Source: Octopus bimaculoides
Taxonomy: Eukaryota
Assembly (NCBI RefSeq): GCF_001194135.2
Contig: NC_068982.1
Span: 104,296,996-104,360,995, forward strand
Direction: 5' to 3'
DNA: 64,000 bases
Each line of letters opens with the position of its first letter. Positions within the stretch are counted from its first letter, which is position 1. A program made the translations under genes and the position numbers. The notes under the pieces are model-generated. The model was not told where the DNA came from and did no database searches. It saw only the letters and a program-made list of their open reading frames with translations. Positions 25,951 to 39,300 of the stretch are shown here, in pieces.

Positions 25951-26731
25951 GCCTATATATATATATATATAATATTGCCAAAACTACTTCCCAAAGACAA
26001 GGCTTTTTCTTCAGAACCAGTAAATATTAAATATTCTAACTTTAATTAGTTGCAGAGCTTCTGCAACAGAATTAGAATACTGTTTACATACCTGATGTTT
26101 GGATGTTTGTGCTGCTGCTATGCTCACAGCACTGCTGGATTTAAAAGCCAGAAACTGACCTTTGGTTGTCTTAAACAGTGTCTGCTTTGTTGCAGGCATT
26201 TGGGCCTGGTTTCTTCCCACCACTCTCAAAGTAAGTGATGAAGATCACAGGTACTTTCCTTCTACATAATTTTAAGAAAACAAAAAAATAAGAACTTCTT
26301 AGACTACACCTAATCAGTTGACAAAAATCCACTCACCACCAAACCACATCCATTAATTCACAGACACTCTGTGTCCTCTCTCTCTGTGCCTTCTTGCAAA
26401 CTTTAACTCACAAGCTACAATCAATCTATATATGCACTTGCACCTTGATATACCTAGTGATCCAGTCAACTGACCAAAATTCACTCACCAACAAACTACA
26501 ACTACTGGCTTACAGATACACTGTGTCTTCTCTCTGTCTCCTCTTGCTCTTCTTAACTATCAAACTACAAGCCACCTCTATACTCTACACTGGAAATACA
26601 CTTTTTTCCTTAACCCTATTGTATATCAACCCTTAAACTCTGCAATAAACACTATTCTTATAAATTATACTTTTTTTAAGCCAAAACAATGCAAGTTTTT
26701 TTTAATATTTTTTATTCAGAGGAATTGAGGT

Positions 26732-26878
26732 AATAATACAGGTTGATAGTGTTACCTGGTATATCAGTATTTCAGGGTTAGGACCTCTTCCTCAGTTGTA
26801 ATTCCAAAGATTTCCTGAGGAAGGAATCCTAACCTTGAAATCCTGATTTACCAGATGATACAATTAACCTGAATTATT
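26732..26878. repeat. Imperfect inverted repeat (about 64-bp arms, 19-nt loop)
   Basis: caggttgatagtgttacctggtatatcagtatttcagggttaggacctcttcctcag pairs with ctgaggaaggaatcctaaccttgaaatcctgatttaccagatgatacaattaacctg. Confidence 0.85.
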
Positions 26879-27439
26879 TTATGACTTGTATTGTTTTGGC
26901 TTTAAACTAAAATAAATTATCAAAAACATTTATGCATGTGAGATAACGCTTTTCGTATATACTACTACACTTTTCTAAATCTTTTTCTTGTGGATTAGAA
27001 ATACTGTAATTTAAATTCAACTGGCTCAGTCTCCTTCTTAATTACATTTTTATCCTATAAGGAGAGATACTCAAAATGAAAATGTTTCAAATTTTGACAT
27101 AAGTTGGGTATGAGGTAATTGATAACATTAACCCCAGTACTTGACTGGTACTTTATTTTACCAAACCCAAAAGAATGAAAGACAAAATTGGTCTTAGTGA
27201 GATTTGTGCTTAACATTTAAAGATCTGGAAAAAATGCTGCTTAGCATTTAGTCCAATGCTCTAACAATCCTGTCTGTTCATTACCTTCAAAATAATGATA
27301 ATGAGCTTATTGTGTACAGTGTTTATGTGCACTACAATTCATCAAAAAGGAGTCAGAAAGTGGCAATGAGTCAATTTAAGAAAAACAGCAATGAAATCCA
27401 AAAATGCCCAAATCATACACAATATGACACAAAAAGACA

Positions 27440-27720
27440 AACATGGACAATAAAAAGTAAAAGAGTCATAAAAAGGAAAGAGTGCATTGGCACATCAGAA
27501 GTAGTGTTGGCAAATATCAGGAAGCATGGAATTGTTCAAGCCTAACTAACTGGTAGGTTACCTAGGAGTAGACCAAGAACAGGATGGTTGGATAATATCC
27601 ATAGTCTCAGTTGGTCACACTTGGGAATTCAGCTGGGAAATCTAATGATGGTCACTTCCTATAGGTCACTATGGAGGAAATGCCTGAGGACTCTTCTCCC
27701 ATAACCTTCTCAGGAATAGT
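27440..27720 (+). mobile_element. Decayed RTE-like LINE 3' end
   Basis: Translation LTGRLPRSRPRTGWLDNIHSLSWSHLGI...YRSLWRKCL resembles GKRPRGRPRTRW...DR..WR. Confidence 0.7.
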
Positions 27721-29369
27721 GAAGATACATGCATGTATGCAGTATCCTTTAATCACATCTACCTCACCAGTCTTGGAAGGACTTGAAAGGTCATAGACAT
27801 TACCTTAATTCCTCTAAATAAAAAATAATAATAAAAAATATTAGAAGGCTCAAAATCTCCTACCTATTCAAAGCAATCATATCTAAACCCATAGTTCCAT
27901 TCTTTTGTGTGTTTCTTTTATTTTATTTTTTGTAGGTTTTTTTAATAATGTATGAATTAGAAAATTACAGCAATATCTATTATATATACATGTAAACAAG
28001 TTGATACCTATCATATTAAGAGACAGGTAACAGTGGGAAACATCTAAAATATTTCCCACTGTTACCTGTCTCTTAATATGATAGAAAATCAACTTGTTTT
28101 AAGTAATAGTACTAAATTTAAAACCTACCAGCAATAGTTTAAACTATAGCCATTATATCTTTCTTAAGTCTCTATATACATTTATAGAGAGAAATGGAGA
28201 GGAATATATACATGTATATGTGTGTATGTATGAGAGAGAAAAAGAGAGCATGTGCATGTGTGTGCATGAATGTTATATTTTTGCCTCTATTAGACAGATT
28301 ACTCTTATAATTCATGAAATTTTATATTTCTCATTCAATTAAAATAAGTTCTTGATTCTTTCATTTATTTTTTTTTTATCTACTTATCTATTTTTATTAT
28401 GATCTAATATTAGTCTATATGTTTGTGTGTGTGTGAGTGTAAGTGAGTCTGTTCATGTGTTTCTGCTTGCAACTAAGCAACTGTATTAGTTTCTATTATA
28501 AGAAATTACACATTGTTAGAGGTTAATAAAAATATTTATTTTGAATGTTATTCAAATGTTATTTCTCTGAATATTTTAATGTATTTTCTAACTATTAAAT
28601 GTAAAACTGTCAAGCCACAGTTTTATCTGAAAAAGTATTCTGTATGTGTAGAGGAGGTGGAGGAGGAGGACAAGGAGTTTTATACCAGTGTACATTCCCA
28701 TCTTGTGTGTGTGTGTGTGTGTGTGTGTTTACATGTATATATCAATTAATGGAACTTTATAATATGTGGAATATTCTAGAAGTTTAGCCTGTAGTATGTG
28801 TACATAGGCTCTTGTACATTCTCTTATTTGCCTATAGTATCGAGAGTTGAATGCTCTCCCTATCAGTAAACACTTTACAGATTCATTTTATCTCTCACCC
28901 ACACTTCACCTCATCTCCCTATTTCTCATTTATCTATGGTTTTATTGTACTTTTGTTCTCCATCCCCTTCTTTTATGTATAACCAGATAACACATCCTCT
29001 TCCATGACTCACTCCTATTTTCCTTACAACCCTACAAATTGAGATTCACCATTGCGAATGCTTCCATCCATATTTGGCATTTATTGCTTCCATTTCTGTG
29101 CACATCTCTGTCTGTCTCTCTCCTTTCATACTCTTGCAAACCTATCCAATCACCCATACTCAACTCTTTGTTCCTATTCTCTCTTTATCTACTTTCTTGT
29201 ACCCTCATCTCTGCCATCCTTTCTCTCTTTCCTGCTGGGGTGTCCACGTATCCCCTCTACAGCAAGACACCTACAATTGTCCTTTCATTCTTTAGCTTCT
29301 CCACAGCTAGCACAAAGCCACCTCCCTCAATACTGCACCCTAACTCTGTCAGTGGTCATGTCTTGCAAG

Positions 29370-29580
29370 TTACATGGTGGCCTCATTAGTGTTGGTGCCA
29401 TGAAAAATTCACCCAGTACACTGTGTAAAGTGGTTGCTGTTAGGAATAGCATCCAACTATAGAAACCCTGCCAAAGGAAACTTGGAGACCAGTGCAACCC
29501 TCAGGCTAGTTGAATTGTCCAGCCCATACCAGTATGGAATATAGATGTTCGACAATGAGTGAGATAATGATGATGATGAT
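29370..29580 (+). mobile_element. SINE family A copy
   Basis: cacccagtacactgtgtaaagtggttgctgttaggaatagcatcc...cccataccagtatggaa...atgatgatgat. Confidence 0.65.
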
Positions 29581-29598
29581 AGTGTGTGTGTATATGCA

Positions 29599-29631
<33 letters not shown>

Positions 29632-30678
29632 TAATCAAAATGTACTGTATTATGTATCCATTACAGCCAATCCTACCTGTCGGTTTCAACCATAATAGAT
29701 ATATAATACTGTACACTTCCATTAATACACCCACTCTACTGACAAGTATGTGTGTGGTGTATATATATATATGGAATTATATATATATATGTTCACACAG
29801 GTGAGGGTTGGCAATTGGATGGGCATCTAAGTGCAGAAAATTGGCCTCAACATATTTCATCTGACCCATGCCAGCATGGAAAAATGCAGGTTAAATGATG
29901 ATTATGATTTATATATTTATGTATGTATAAAACCAGATATGACACTTCCTGATCTCTAGTAGCAGAAAGCCATCACCATACTCTTTCTATCTGCCCTCTT
30001 GACAAGTGTCAGGATCAAATTTTTTACCAAATTCTTGTGTGCAAAACTAAGTGATGAAATTGACTGAAATGGATAAATGGTACTATATTGTATAAATATT
30101 AATCTACCCACACCTTTGACAAACATACAAGTACATTTTTTTCTTCTAATTTATGGATTCTTAGACAACTGCCCTTTTCTCTCCTTCCCTATCTCGCTCT
30201 ATTTCTCTTATTCCTTTCTTTGTATATTAGATATGGGTTTTGCTTTGCAAAGAAATCACATTGAGAAGAAATAGTACGTGAAATACTGGAAATATTGACA
30301 ATTTAAATGTAAACACTTGTTCAGCATGCTGTATTAAAAACATAAAAAATAGGTTGTAAATAACTCCTCCACATCACATCTTGAAAATATATTTTACTTG
30401 AGTATTCATTGGAGATAGGACATTTCATTTCAGAAAAACTTCAAAAGCAGAATGTAGCCTACTTATCTAAAATGCTTTATAACATAATAATCAACCCGCT
30501 TTCTTTTCCTTTGTCACAGATGCCACTGTTAGCCTACCAAATACTTACAAGATATTGATTCTTGATTTGTATTTACCAGCTGTTTCCATGCAATTACAAT
30601 AAGGAAACTTATTTCTGTTTTTGTTAAAAGAAAAGGTATCCCCTAAAATGTAATACTGTAGATGTTAAACCCCATCCA

Positions 30679-30740
30679 TAACCCTAATCCTAACTTTAAC
30701 CCTTACCCTAACCTTTACCCTTACTCTAACCCTAACTAAC
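30679..30740. repeat. Degenerate telomere-like (CCCTAA)n tract
   Basis: taaccctaatcctaactttaacccttaccctaacctttacccttactctaaccctaactaac. Confidence 0.75.
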
Positions 30741-30790
30741 ATTTACAGTCTATACTGCAAAAATTGCATCTATTTTCAATTATCTTGAAT

Positions 30791-30792
30791 TA

Positions 30793-30827
<35 letters not shown>

Positions 30828-31045
30828 AATGATGATGATAATAATAATGATAATGATAATAATGATGATGATAATAATAATGATAATGATAATAATAATG
30901 ATAATATTAATAATAATGATGATGATAATAATGATGATGATAATAATAATGATGATGATAATAATAATGATAATGATAATAATAATGATAATAATGATAA
31001 TAATGATAATAATAATAATAATAATAAGGATAATAATAATGATAA
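30791..31045. repeat. Compound (ATA/ATG)n trinucleotide array
   Basis: Direct reading. Produces the low-complexity ORFs 30814..31077 and 30776..31084. Confidence 0.95.
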
Positions 31046-31755
31046 GCCAAACGGTTTATAGTTTATCAAAATATTAAATGTCATCTAACTGGATGATCAG
31101 TATTATGAAATTTACACTTAAACTAAGCAGGTGTATTTTTACAGATTTTTTTTTTATTCACCTTGGAACAGTGTGATAAAAGAAGCCATACATTGCTATG
31201 GAATGAAAATTCTATAATTGGTAGAGAAACACTATGGAAACTTAAACAAATCAAAGAAACAGTATCTATAACATTCAGCTGATATCAGTTCAGTATAGTT
31301 GCCTTTAGTGAAAAATAAATTTAAATAAATGAAAAATGCAACATATTAATCGTACATATGTCAGTGGCCTAGATTCTTAGTTTTAATCAAGCATGGTATT
31401 ATGTACACATCCATGGTACTATGCATCTAGGAATAACAAACCTAATGATGTTCAAAGATCAAACCAACTGAAACCCTATACAGGTGTCATCATCATCATC
31501 GTTTTTTTTTTGTCAGCTTTTTCTATGCTAGCATGGATTAAAGGAAACTTAAGGTATGCCCTTCCTGTTATAAATCCTTATGAGTTCTTCAAATAAGCCA
31601 TTTTATCCCATTGGTCTTCATATGCCAAAACTGCCAATCTACAGGATATTATTTAGAAGAGATGTAAATAATAACATCATTGCCTACACAGTGTGAATAC
31701 GAAGACACATTGAAATAAACATTCACACACACATATATCTATACAGACACACATA

Positions 31756-31950
31756 CATCATCATCAGCATCATTTAACAACCTCTATCCTTGTTGGCATG
31801 GGTTGGATGGTTTGAGAGAATGCAGTAAGTCAGAGGACCAAGTATATTTCAGCATGGTTTCTATGGCTGGTTATCCATCTTATGCCAACCTCTTCTACAG
31901 AATGTACTGGGTGTTTTCCTCATAGTACCAACACTAGTGAAGTCATCTTA
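31756..31950 (-). mobile_element. SINE family A copy
   Basis: catcatcatcagcatcatttaac...gttggcatgggttggatgg...gtactgggtgtttt. Confidence 0.65.
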
Positions 31951-32547
31951 CAGTTTGCAAGACTAAAGTGCTTAAAGAGGTCCCTATAAATGAAAGAGAC
32001 AGGAGAGTGTGTGTGATAGTTTTTAGATAAAATGATGAGAGATGGTCAAGTAAGATGAGAGGAATAGATTTATATTTGTGTGAAGTTGATATTGGAGAAT
32101 AACAAAGTCGTCATTATTGGGGGATGGAGTACATAAGAGATTAATATCGGTGATTTGTGAGAAAAAGAAGGTCAGAGTGATAAGGGTGATGAGTTGGGTT
32201 GTATCGGAGGGTGTCTAGGGCAATCCCACATTATAAGGGTGAGTATGGATGGAAAGTTTAAGGGGAAGAGAATATGAAAGAGAGAGAATAAATGTGTCTC
32301 TCATACATAGGCTTAGTAAAGGTTGGAGGAGGTAGAATGATGGTGGAGCAGTATGCAGGGTAGTCAGTCAAAGTTTGGGAGCTTGATAAGCAGTAGAGAG
32401 ATGTGATGGAGGGTTTGGAGTTACAGAGAGATTAAGCTGGTCAAGAGATTGATAAGAAGGTCAGGGGGTAAAGAGTGGCAGCAAAAATGGGCTTGTCAGG
32501 ATCACTCATATACACACACACACATGCACACACGTGCACACAGACAT

Positions 32548-32606
<59 letters not shown>

Positions 32607-34439
32607 TCCCAGCCTCTATCATTGTCATCATTTCAATACACATTTCACCACTTGTAATTTAGCAAATTTTTCTATGCTGCTGGCTGTCATCAATCAATAC
32701 AGTTTTTGTTATCTCTTCTACAAGATCAGCATCAAGTCACCCTACTTCATCCAAAGTTTTCTTCAATTTCCCTCTTCTGCATGTTCCACTAACTTGGAGC
32801 GTATGACACTTCCTTATCCAGCAATCATCCTCCTTATGTATCACATGCCTATAACAATGCAGCCTTCTCTTTTTCACACTACATTTAAATCATTTTATAG
32901 CTAGTTTTTCTCTTAGCTCATTTGTACTCTGGTGTTCATGCACACTGGTATTACATACCCACTGGAGCATGCTTGCTTCATTTCTTTCCACCCTTCACAA
33001 ATATTCTGCATTCAAAACCAACACCTCAGTACCATACAGTATTGCAATTCAAGCAATTCAAACACAAGCATTATACAATCTGCTTTCACTCGGAGGGAGG
33101 ACTTTGTAGCCAATAGAGATAATAGAGCTGCTCTTACCTTAGCTATTATGCTTTTGGAATGACTGCCTCCACTGCTAATCATATCACATGGGTAATGGAA
33201 GCTATCAGCTACACAAATGCATGCATATATACATACATGCATACATTCATACATATATGCATACATATACACACACACATGCACACACACTTTCCACCTA
33301 GCTATTTCATAAAGCATTGGTTAGCCTGAAGCTGTAGTAGAAGACATTTGCTTAATGTAACATTCGGTGGGATAGAATTGTAAGCCACTTGATACTAAGT
33401 GAACTTTGTTACCACCCAGTTAAATCTATGTATATATTCTTGTCTAAAGATGAGGTTAATAATCTGAAAAATTATTAGAGTACTGTGAGCAACAACTTCT
33501 CTTAGACATATAGATATCTTAAGTTATTTATATTGTTCTTGAGAATTATAGGTGTGTTTGTTTTCATTGGTGAATTAGTATGTAATTGCTAGCATTATTT
33601 ATGCTGAGTTAGACCTTAAAGTGTGTTGCTACATCATTCTCATAGTTTCCATTGATTAAATGCAGTCAGTCTTATTGACACTTGTCTACAATATATCACT
33701 TGTCAACTGAACATAAAAGTATCTTCAAAATCTATCGTAAGATGGATTTTCCGTATTGTATTTAAGTTAAATCTTTATTGGATTTAAACTAGGCTCGCTG
33801 TTCACTAAACTGTTTTCTGAAATTAGCTATTTCTGGTCAACACTGTTGCTAACCTTAACGCTGAAGTCTATTTGATTCTCATTAGCAATGTCCATTCTAT
33901 ATGAAAAGCAACATTCTTTGTAAACAAATGGTTGCAATAAATTTTTTGGTATGTAGTCAATTGATCTGAACAAAATAGTAGCAGAATCTCCCTCAGATCA
34001 CACCTTACTTAAACAAAAGGATATATTGGATAAAGTAGTTTGAACAAAATATAGCAGGGTTACCTGCTTTATCAGGATTGACTTGAAGCTAAACAACCTC
34101 AGATATTTTAAAATAGTGAACAAGAACAAAGAAGAAACAGAAGGTGGAAATGGAGGTAGCAGTGTTGGAATTGTTGTTGTTGTAGTTGTTTAGTCCAGTT
34201 GACTCTGCTTGAGAAGTCATGAAATAGAGATAACCAACTGGAAGCTTAGGAAAATAGGTATAATGCTCAGGATAACCAGATACAAGATATCTAACTTGCC
34301 AGTTTGAGTTGAATGTTACTATTTGATTAGTGCTCTAGCTATGGCCATTGTAATTTTATAGGAGAGAATACTACCTTAAGATCTAACATTTCAAATAGTC
34401 TGAGCCTAAATTTGTTGATGAATATTTATCTGTTATTAT

Positions 34440-34985
34440 TAAACAGGAGGCTCCTTCCAGCTCTCCTTTTTTGGATGAGTTGCTTCCTGTCAATTCCTGG
34501 TGTGTGCTGAGATCAAGCTTTCTCTGATGCACACTATCAGATCTGGTGTGCCCCAAGGGTCAGTTTTATCTTTCACACTTTTCCTTCTATACGTCAATGA
34601 TCTACTTGTCATCACTTCTAATGTCCTATGCAGATCATACTCCCCTTCTATTCCTTCCTAATTTTTTTACACCCAAGCATCATCCACATGCAACATAGAC
34701 ACCTCATGCAAACCTGCACCAACTCCATGAACATAGATATCAAAAACATGCCCCAGAAGGGGCATGCCCATCTTATCCTCTTTATCAGAACAGAAACGAT
34801 GATTGTGCTTATCAAGAAAACAATGTTGTAACCCCAACCTTTACATGAACTGCAAACAAAAACCCTCAATATCACTACAAATGCTAGACTTTACTATCAC
34901 TGAGGATCTTTCCTGGTGAACACATATATTCAATATAATAAAGACTATATCACAAAGACTGACCTTTCTCTTCAGAACCTTCACT
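34440..34985 (+). mobile_element. Decayed CR1/L2-type LINE reverse transcriptase fragment
   Basis: From 34542 SGVPQGSVLSFTLFLLYVNDLL, then YADHT after a frameshift (RT motifs GVPQGSVL / YADD). Downstream LDFTITEDLSW*THIFNIIKTISQRL. Confidence 0.85.
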
Positions 34986-35659
34986 GACAACAACTAACTC
35001 TCTACAACGCTAAAGTGAGAACGCACATCCCAGAGACAGCAGTAAATGGCTGCAGTAAAAAGTAAGGCGAAGAAAACTCTAGGGAAGAAGAACAAGACCT
35101 AATGTCTTCTTCTAGAATTTTCCTTGCCTTACTTTTTACTGCAGCCATTGATTTGCAATTGTTCAATAGGAACAGTAACTGTATCAATCTCACTGGTCTC
35201 AGAAGTTCTGAAAAGGCCATGGGCATAGCCTCTTTCTCTATACAAACAAAAAAAGGAAAATAATTAATAAAAAGCAATGGCTTTCTGACTGAGTAATCTC
35301 TTCAGAGGCACAACAGTGAAAATGTTAGGAGTTGTGATGGTAGTGGTGATGATAATGATGCAAACAATTAATGTTGTTGTTGTTCTTCTATGTTGAATAG
35401 AATGATCTTGCAAGATCTGAAGAAAAATTCTGTCTTTATTTATTATTCAAAGACTTTTAAGCTGCAGATATATGTGAGGAAGTAACTAAATCAGGAAGCT
35501 GTACTTAGAGACAACAAGTTGCTATTAAGACAAAGGCAGCATTGCTTGTTATCTTGTCAAACCAATATGTGGGAGGGTAATATTTTCACTGTGGTAATTG
35601 TTTCAAAAATGAGGTTATTTATCTATTGAATACAATAGAGATTTGCAGATAAAATATAT

Positions 35660-35843
35660 ACAGAGTGGTTAGCATGCCAAACAAAATGCTTAGGGGCATT
35701 TTCTCCACCTTTAGGTTATGAGTTCAAATACTCTCAAGGTTGACTTTGCCTTTCATCCTTTCAGGGTTGATAAATTAAGTACCAATGAAACACTGGCATC
35801 AATGTAATCAACAATCCCCCTCCCACAAAATTTTGGGCCTTTT
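35660..35843 (+). mobile_element. tRNA-derived SINE family D
   Basis: gagttcaaatactctcaaggttgactttgcctttcatcctttcagggttgataaattaagtacc. Confidence 0.7.
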
Positions 35844-37956
35844 ACACACATACCTATGTATGTTTATGTAATTATATATGAGTGCGTGTCTCTTCTATTT
35901 TTTAATTATTATTAATCTTCCACTGAGGAGGGAGCCGGTTTCCAACAAAGATACAAGGCTCCATCTTTGGGATGTAGCTAACACAGACAAATTTACATTT
36001 AGAACTTGAGAAAAGTCTTATATATTTTTACTGATCCACTCACAGATTGCACTTCTAATGTACGAATCAGCTGGTTGATTCCTCTTTCTGAAAATCCCAG
36101 TTTATCCAGATTCTCCTGTAAGCATATGTATGTATATATGTATGTATGCATGTATGTATATTATAGCAAGGTTTTATCTCACCTGAGTGTGCACTTTTTT
36201 TTACACATAGCATTTCACAATTTGTTGCAGCCCTTCACCATTTCTTCTTGTGTCTTCCTCAGTCTTCTTTTTTCCCAAATTCCTTTCATTTGCTACTTTT
36301 ACACCAAACTCTCATTCTCCATACCCATGACATATCTGTACCAACAGTTTTCTCTTTCACTTCTGTTTTGCTACTTGGTATTATTGCATTCCACAATCTG
36401 CCCTTCATTCATGTAGAGAATTAATTCTTTCATTGCTACCAGAGCTAATATCTTCTTCTATCCTAGGCTTACTTTGGCTGCTATGGTTTCAGAATACCTG
36501 CATCCATTGCTAATTAGGTCATGTGATAATAAAATGCTATCAACACTTCTAGGGAGTTTTCCAAGCTTTTGAAAAAGTTATTTCACAGATATCCTTATGA
36601 TTATCTACTCTTGTGCACTTGCTTCCATGTAAGCTTCTTTTGTTACTGCCCTAAAATCATCTGTTATGGCTTGGGGGACAACAACAAACAGAAGAAAGCT
36701 CAGAAAAAACCCTAATGTATACTTAGCTACATGCTAAATTCATCGATGAACTTATTGCTAATTGTTATCTTCTTGTGAACAGGACTTGTACAGCTCTCAC
36801 AGTCCATTTATCTACCTCCTAGTTGACAAAGTGACAACCAAACTACAGAGTATGGACATTACTGTTTTGAGTCCTAGAACTCATAGGGCTGATTACCTAG
36901 TTTCCATAGTATATAAGTGACCATAATCACAGCATATCCTTTGAATGGGATGTCAGTTTGTTGCAGGGTTATTCATTTAGAGCTGAGTGAACTGGAACAA
37001 TGTGAAATGAAGTGTATTGCTCAAGAATACAACACACCAGCTGGTCTGGGAATCAAACCCATGATCTTGCAATCATGAGTGCAACACGCTAACAACTAAG
37101 CCATGTGCCTTCACAGAGTATTGTAACCTTATAAAGGCCATTTTAGGTCAATGAATGCTAATTATAGTGGCTTTCTCTTTGCTGGGAACTCCTCTCATTT
37201 AATTCTCTTCCTAATCAGTTTTGTTACAGCTCTGTATTTTTGTCATAACTTGATCTATCAATATATGAAGTTTCGAAGTTCCTTGTTGGCTCCTTTTTCT
37301 TCTTCAATCTTGTCCTTATGTGTTATAAGTGAGTGAAAGGGTTGGCAACAGTAAGTTTATCTACTCATAAAGTACTGCCTTAGAAAACCCATCCAACCCA
37401 AGCCAACAGTGGAAAGCAGATATAAAATACTAGTGCTAGTATTGTTACTGCGGTAGTGGTGGTGTTGGTGGTAATAGCTGCAGCAGTGACAGCAGCAACA
37501 GTGCTAGCAGTAATGGTAGCAGTGGTGGTATGACAGTGACATGTGGAAAGGGTATTATGTTGCATAGTATTTAAACATTGAAGATTTGTAGAGGCTGAAG
37601 AAAAATTGTTTGCGTATGATTCTATGATCCAGCAGAGCACAAGTGAGCTGAGAGAAAGAGGAAGGTTGGGTATGAAAGATATTAACCAATAGGTACAGAA
37701 GTGGTGCCAGTGTAGACTCTGGGCATTTAATGGGAATCAATGGTATCTACTGACTGTAAAATTACCATGTGCACTCTCTGAAAGATACCCTTGGTGTTTG
37801 TCTTAGGAAGAACTGGTGGAATTGAATCTAAGAATATTGAGTTTGACAAATGAGATGATTCAGGATTTAGTGGAATGATGATCTATATTACTGCTGACTT
37901 ATGTAACCGATAGCAACATGGAAAAACAGATATTAAAACTAAACAGCAATAATTAT

Positions 37957-38106
37957 GCAGGTGTGACTGTGTGGTAAGAAGTTTGCTTCACAATCACATG
38001 GTTCCTGGTTCAGTCCCATTGCAAAGCAACTTAGGCAAGTGTCTTCTACTATAGTCTCAGGCTGACCAAAGAGTGGATTTGGTTGACAAAAACTGAAGGA
38101 AGCCTG

Positions 38107-38173
<67 letters not shown>

Positions 38174-38572
38174 CATTTATGAATTTGTTTTGAAAGATTC
38201 CTGATGTGAAATCATGTCTTAAAACAGATATTGTTATATTTCAGGATGGTTATCTTTTCTCATTTTGCTAAATAAGCACATGCACTATAGTGTGTGTGTG
38301 TTTATTTGGCAAAAAAAATCATCCCAAAATATAACAATATATATGTATGGGGGGAGGGTGTCTTTGTGTCTATGTTTGTCCCCCACCACCACTTGATAAC
38401 CAATGTCAGTGTGTTTACTTCCCTCTAACTTAGCAGTTTGGTAAAAGAGACCAATAGAATAAGTACCAGGCTTAAAAGAAAAGAAAGTATTGGGTTTGAT
38501 TCATCCAACTAAAGATTCTTGAAGGTGGTGTTCCAACATGACCACAGACTGAAATAAGTAATAGATAAAAGA
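37957..38572 (+). mobile_element. Full-length SINE family C with internal (TA)n and an embedded foldback element
   Basis: Head gcaggtgtgactgtgtggtaagaag...ggttcagtcccattgc at 37957. The 3' half ttgtcccccaccaccacttgataacc...gactgaaataagtaaa runs to about 38572. Confidence 0.75.
38221..38340. mobile_element. Short member of the foldback family seen at 52280
   Basis: Ends aaaacagatattgttatatttcaggatg / catcccaaaatataacaatat match the termini of 52280-52592. Confidence 0.7.
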
Positions 38573-38929
38573 CGTATACAACAGTCCACTATTTTCTCAG
38601 TCATACTGATTCCATGCCGATAAGAGATTGAGATTTTTGCAGTAATGCACAGATGTTTTGATAATACCTGAGCCAATCTTTCTACATTAAAAAAAAAAGT
38701 TTGATTTTTTTTTGTTTGTCTTTTTCAAGTAGAAATGATTCATCTTTTTTTGTTTAGCTGCAAGAGTAAACATAATTGTCTCATACATTAATCATTCAGC
38801 TGGTTTATCATTTTTTCATCACATTATTATTACTTTATCAAATGTGATAAAAGCAACTCAGCATGCTGGAGACCATCTGTCCAGTAACTTCAGGTTTCAA
38901 CAATTCAACTGTTTGTTATTGTGTCTCTT

Positions 38930-39300
38930 CAAAAAGTACAGAGCTGATTCCTATCATCACCAAACTCTTTAATCTTTCATTATCTATCAGAATCAATTCT
39001 CAATCTATGAAAACATATTTTGATACATCTCATTACCAAAATGTTCAACCACTCCAACTGTTAACTACTAATCTATCACTCTTACTCGGAAGCAATGAAA
39101 ACCATCATAAACCCCACCTGTATCACCTTGACTCATTTGTAACCATTACTACAGTTTCCATAAGGATTCTATAAAGCCAGATCTATAAGAGATGTCTTTT
39201 ATTTCACACATCACTACTCTTTTCACCATTGAGATTTTCAAGCAAAAGCAATGTTGTTGCTACATGCATCAACAAAGACTTTATGCAAACTTCTTAACTA
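38930..39300 (+). mobile_element. Decayed CR1/L2-type LINE RT, N-terminal part
   Basis: ELIPIITKLFNLSLS...SLL/SEAMKTIIN resembles L.P.L..LFNLSLS...ISLLS..SK.ME.II. Confidence 0.7.

Noticed and set aside
30520-30600. Strong plus-strand acceptor followed by ATG
   Set aside because: Phase-0 stop after 12 codons, no good donor and no homology.
35933-35996. CTGAGGA followed by a ggagcc/ggctcc stem
   Set aside because: No GAAA after the stem, so it is not a hammerhead.
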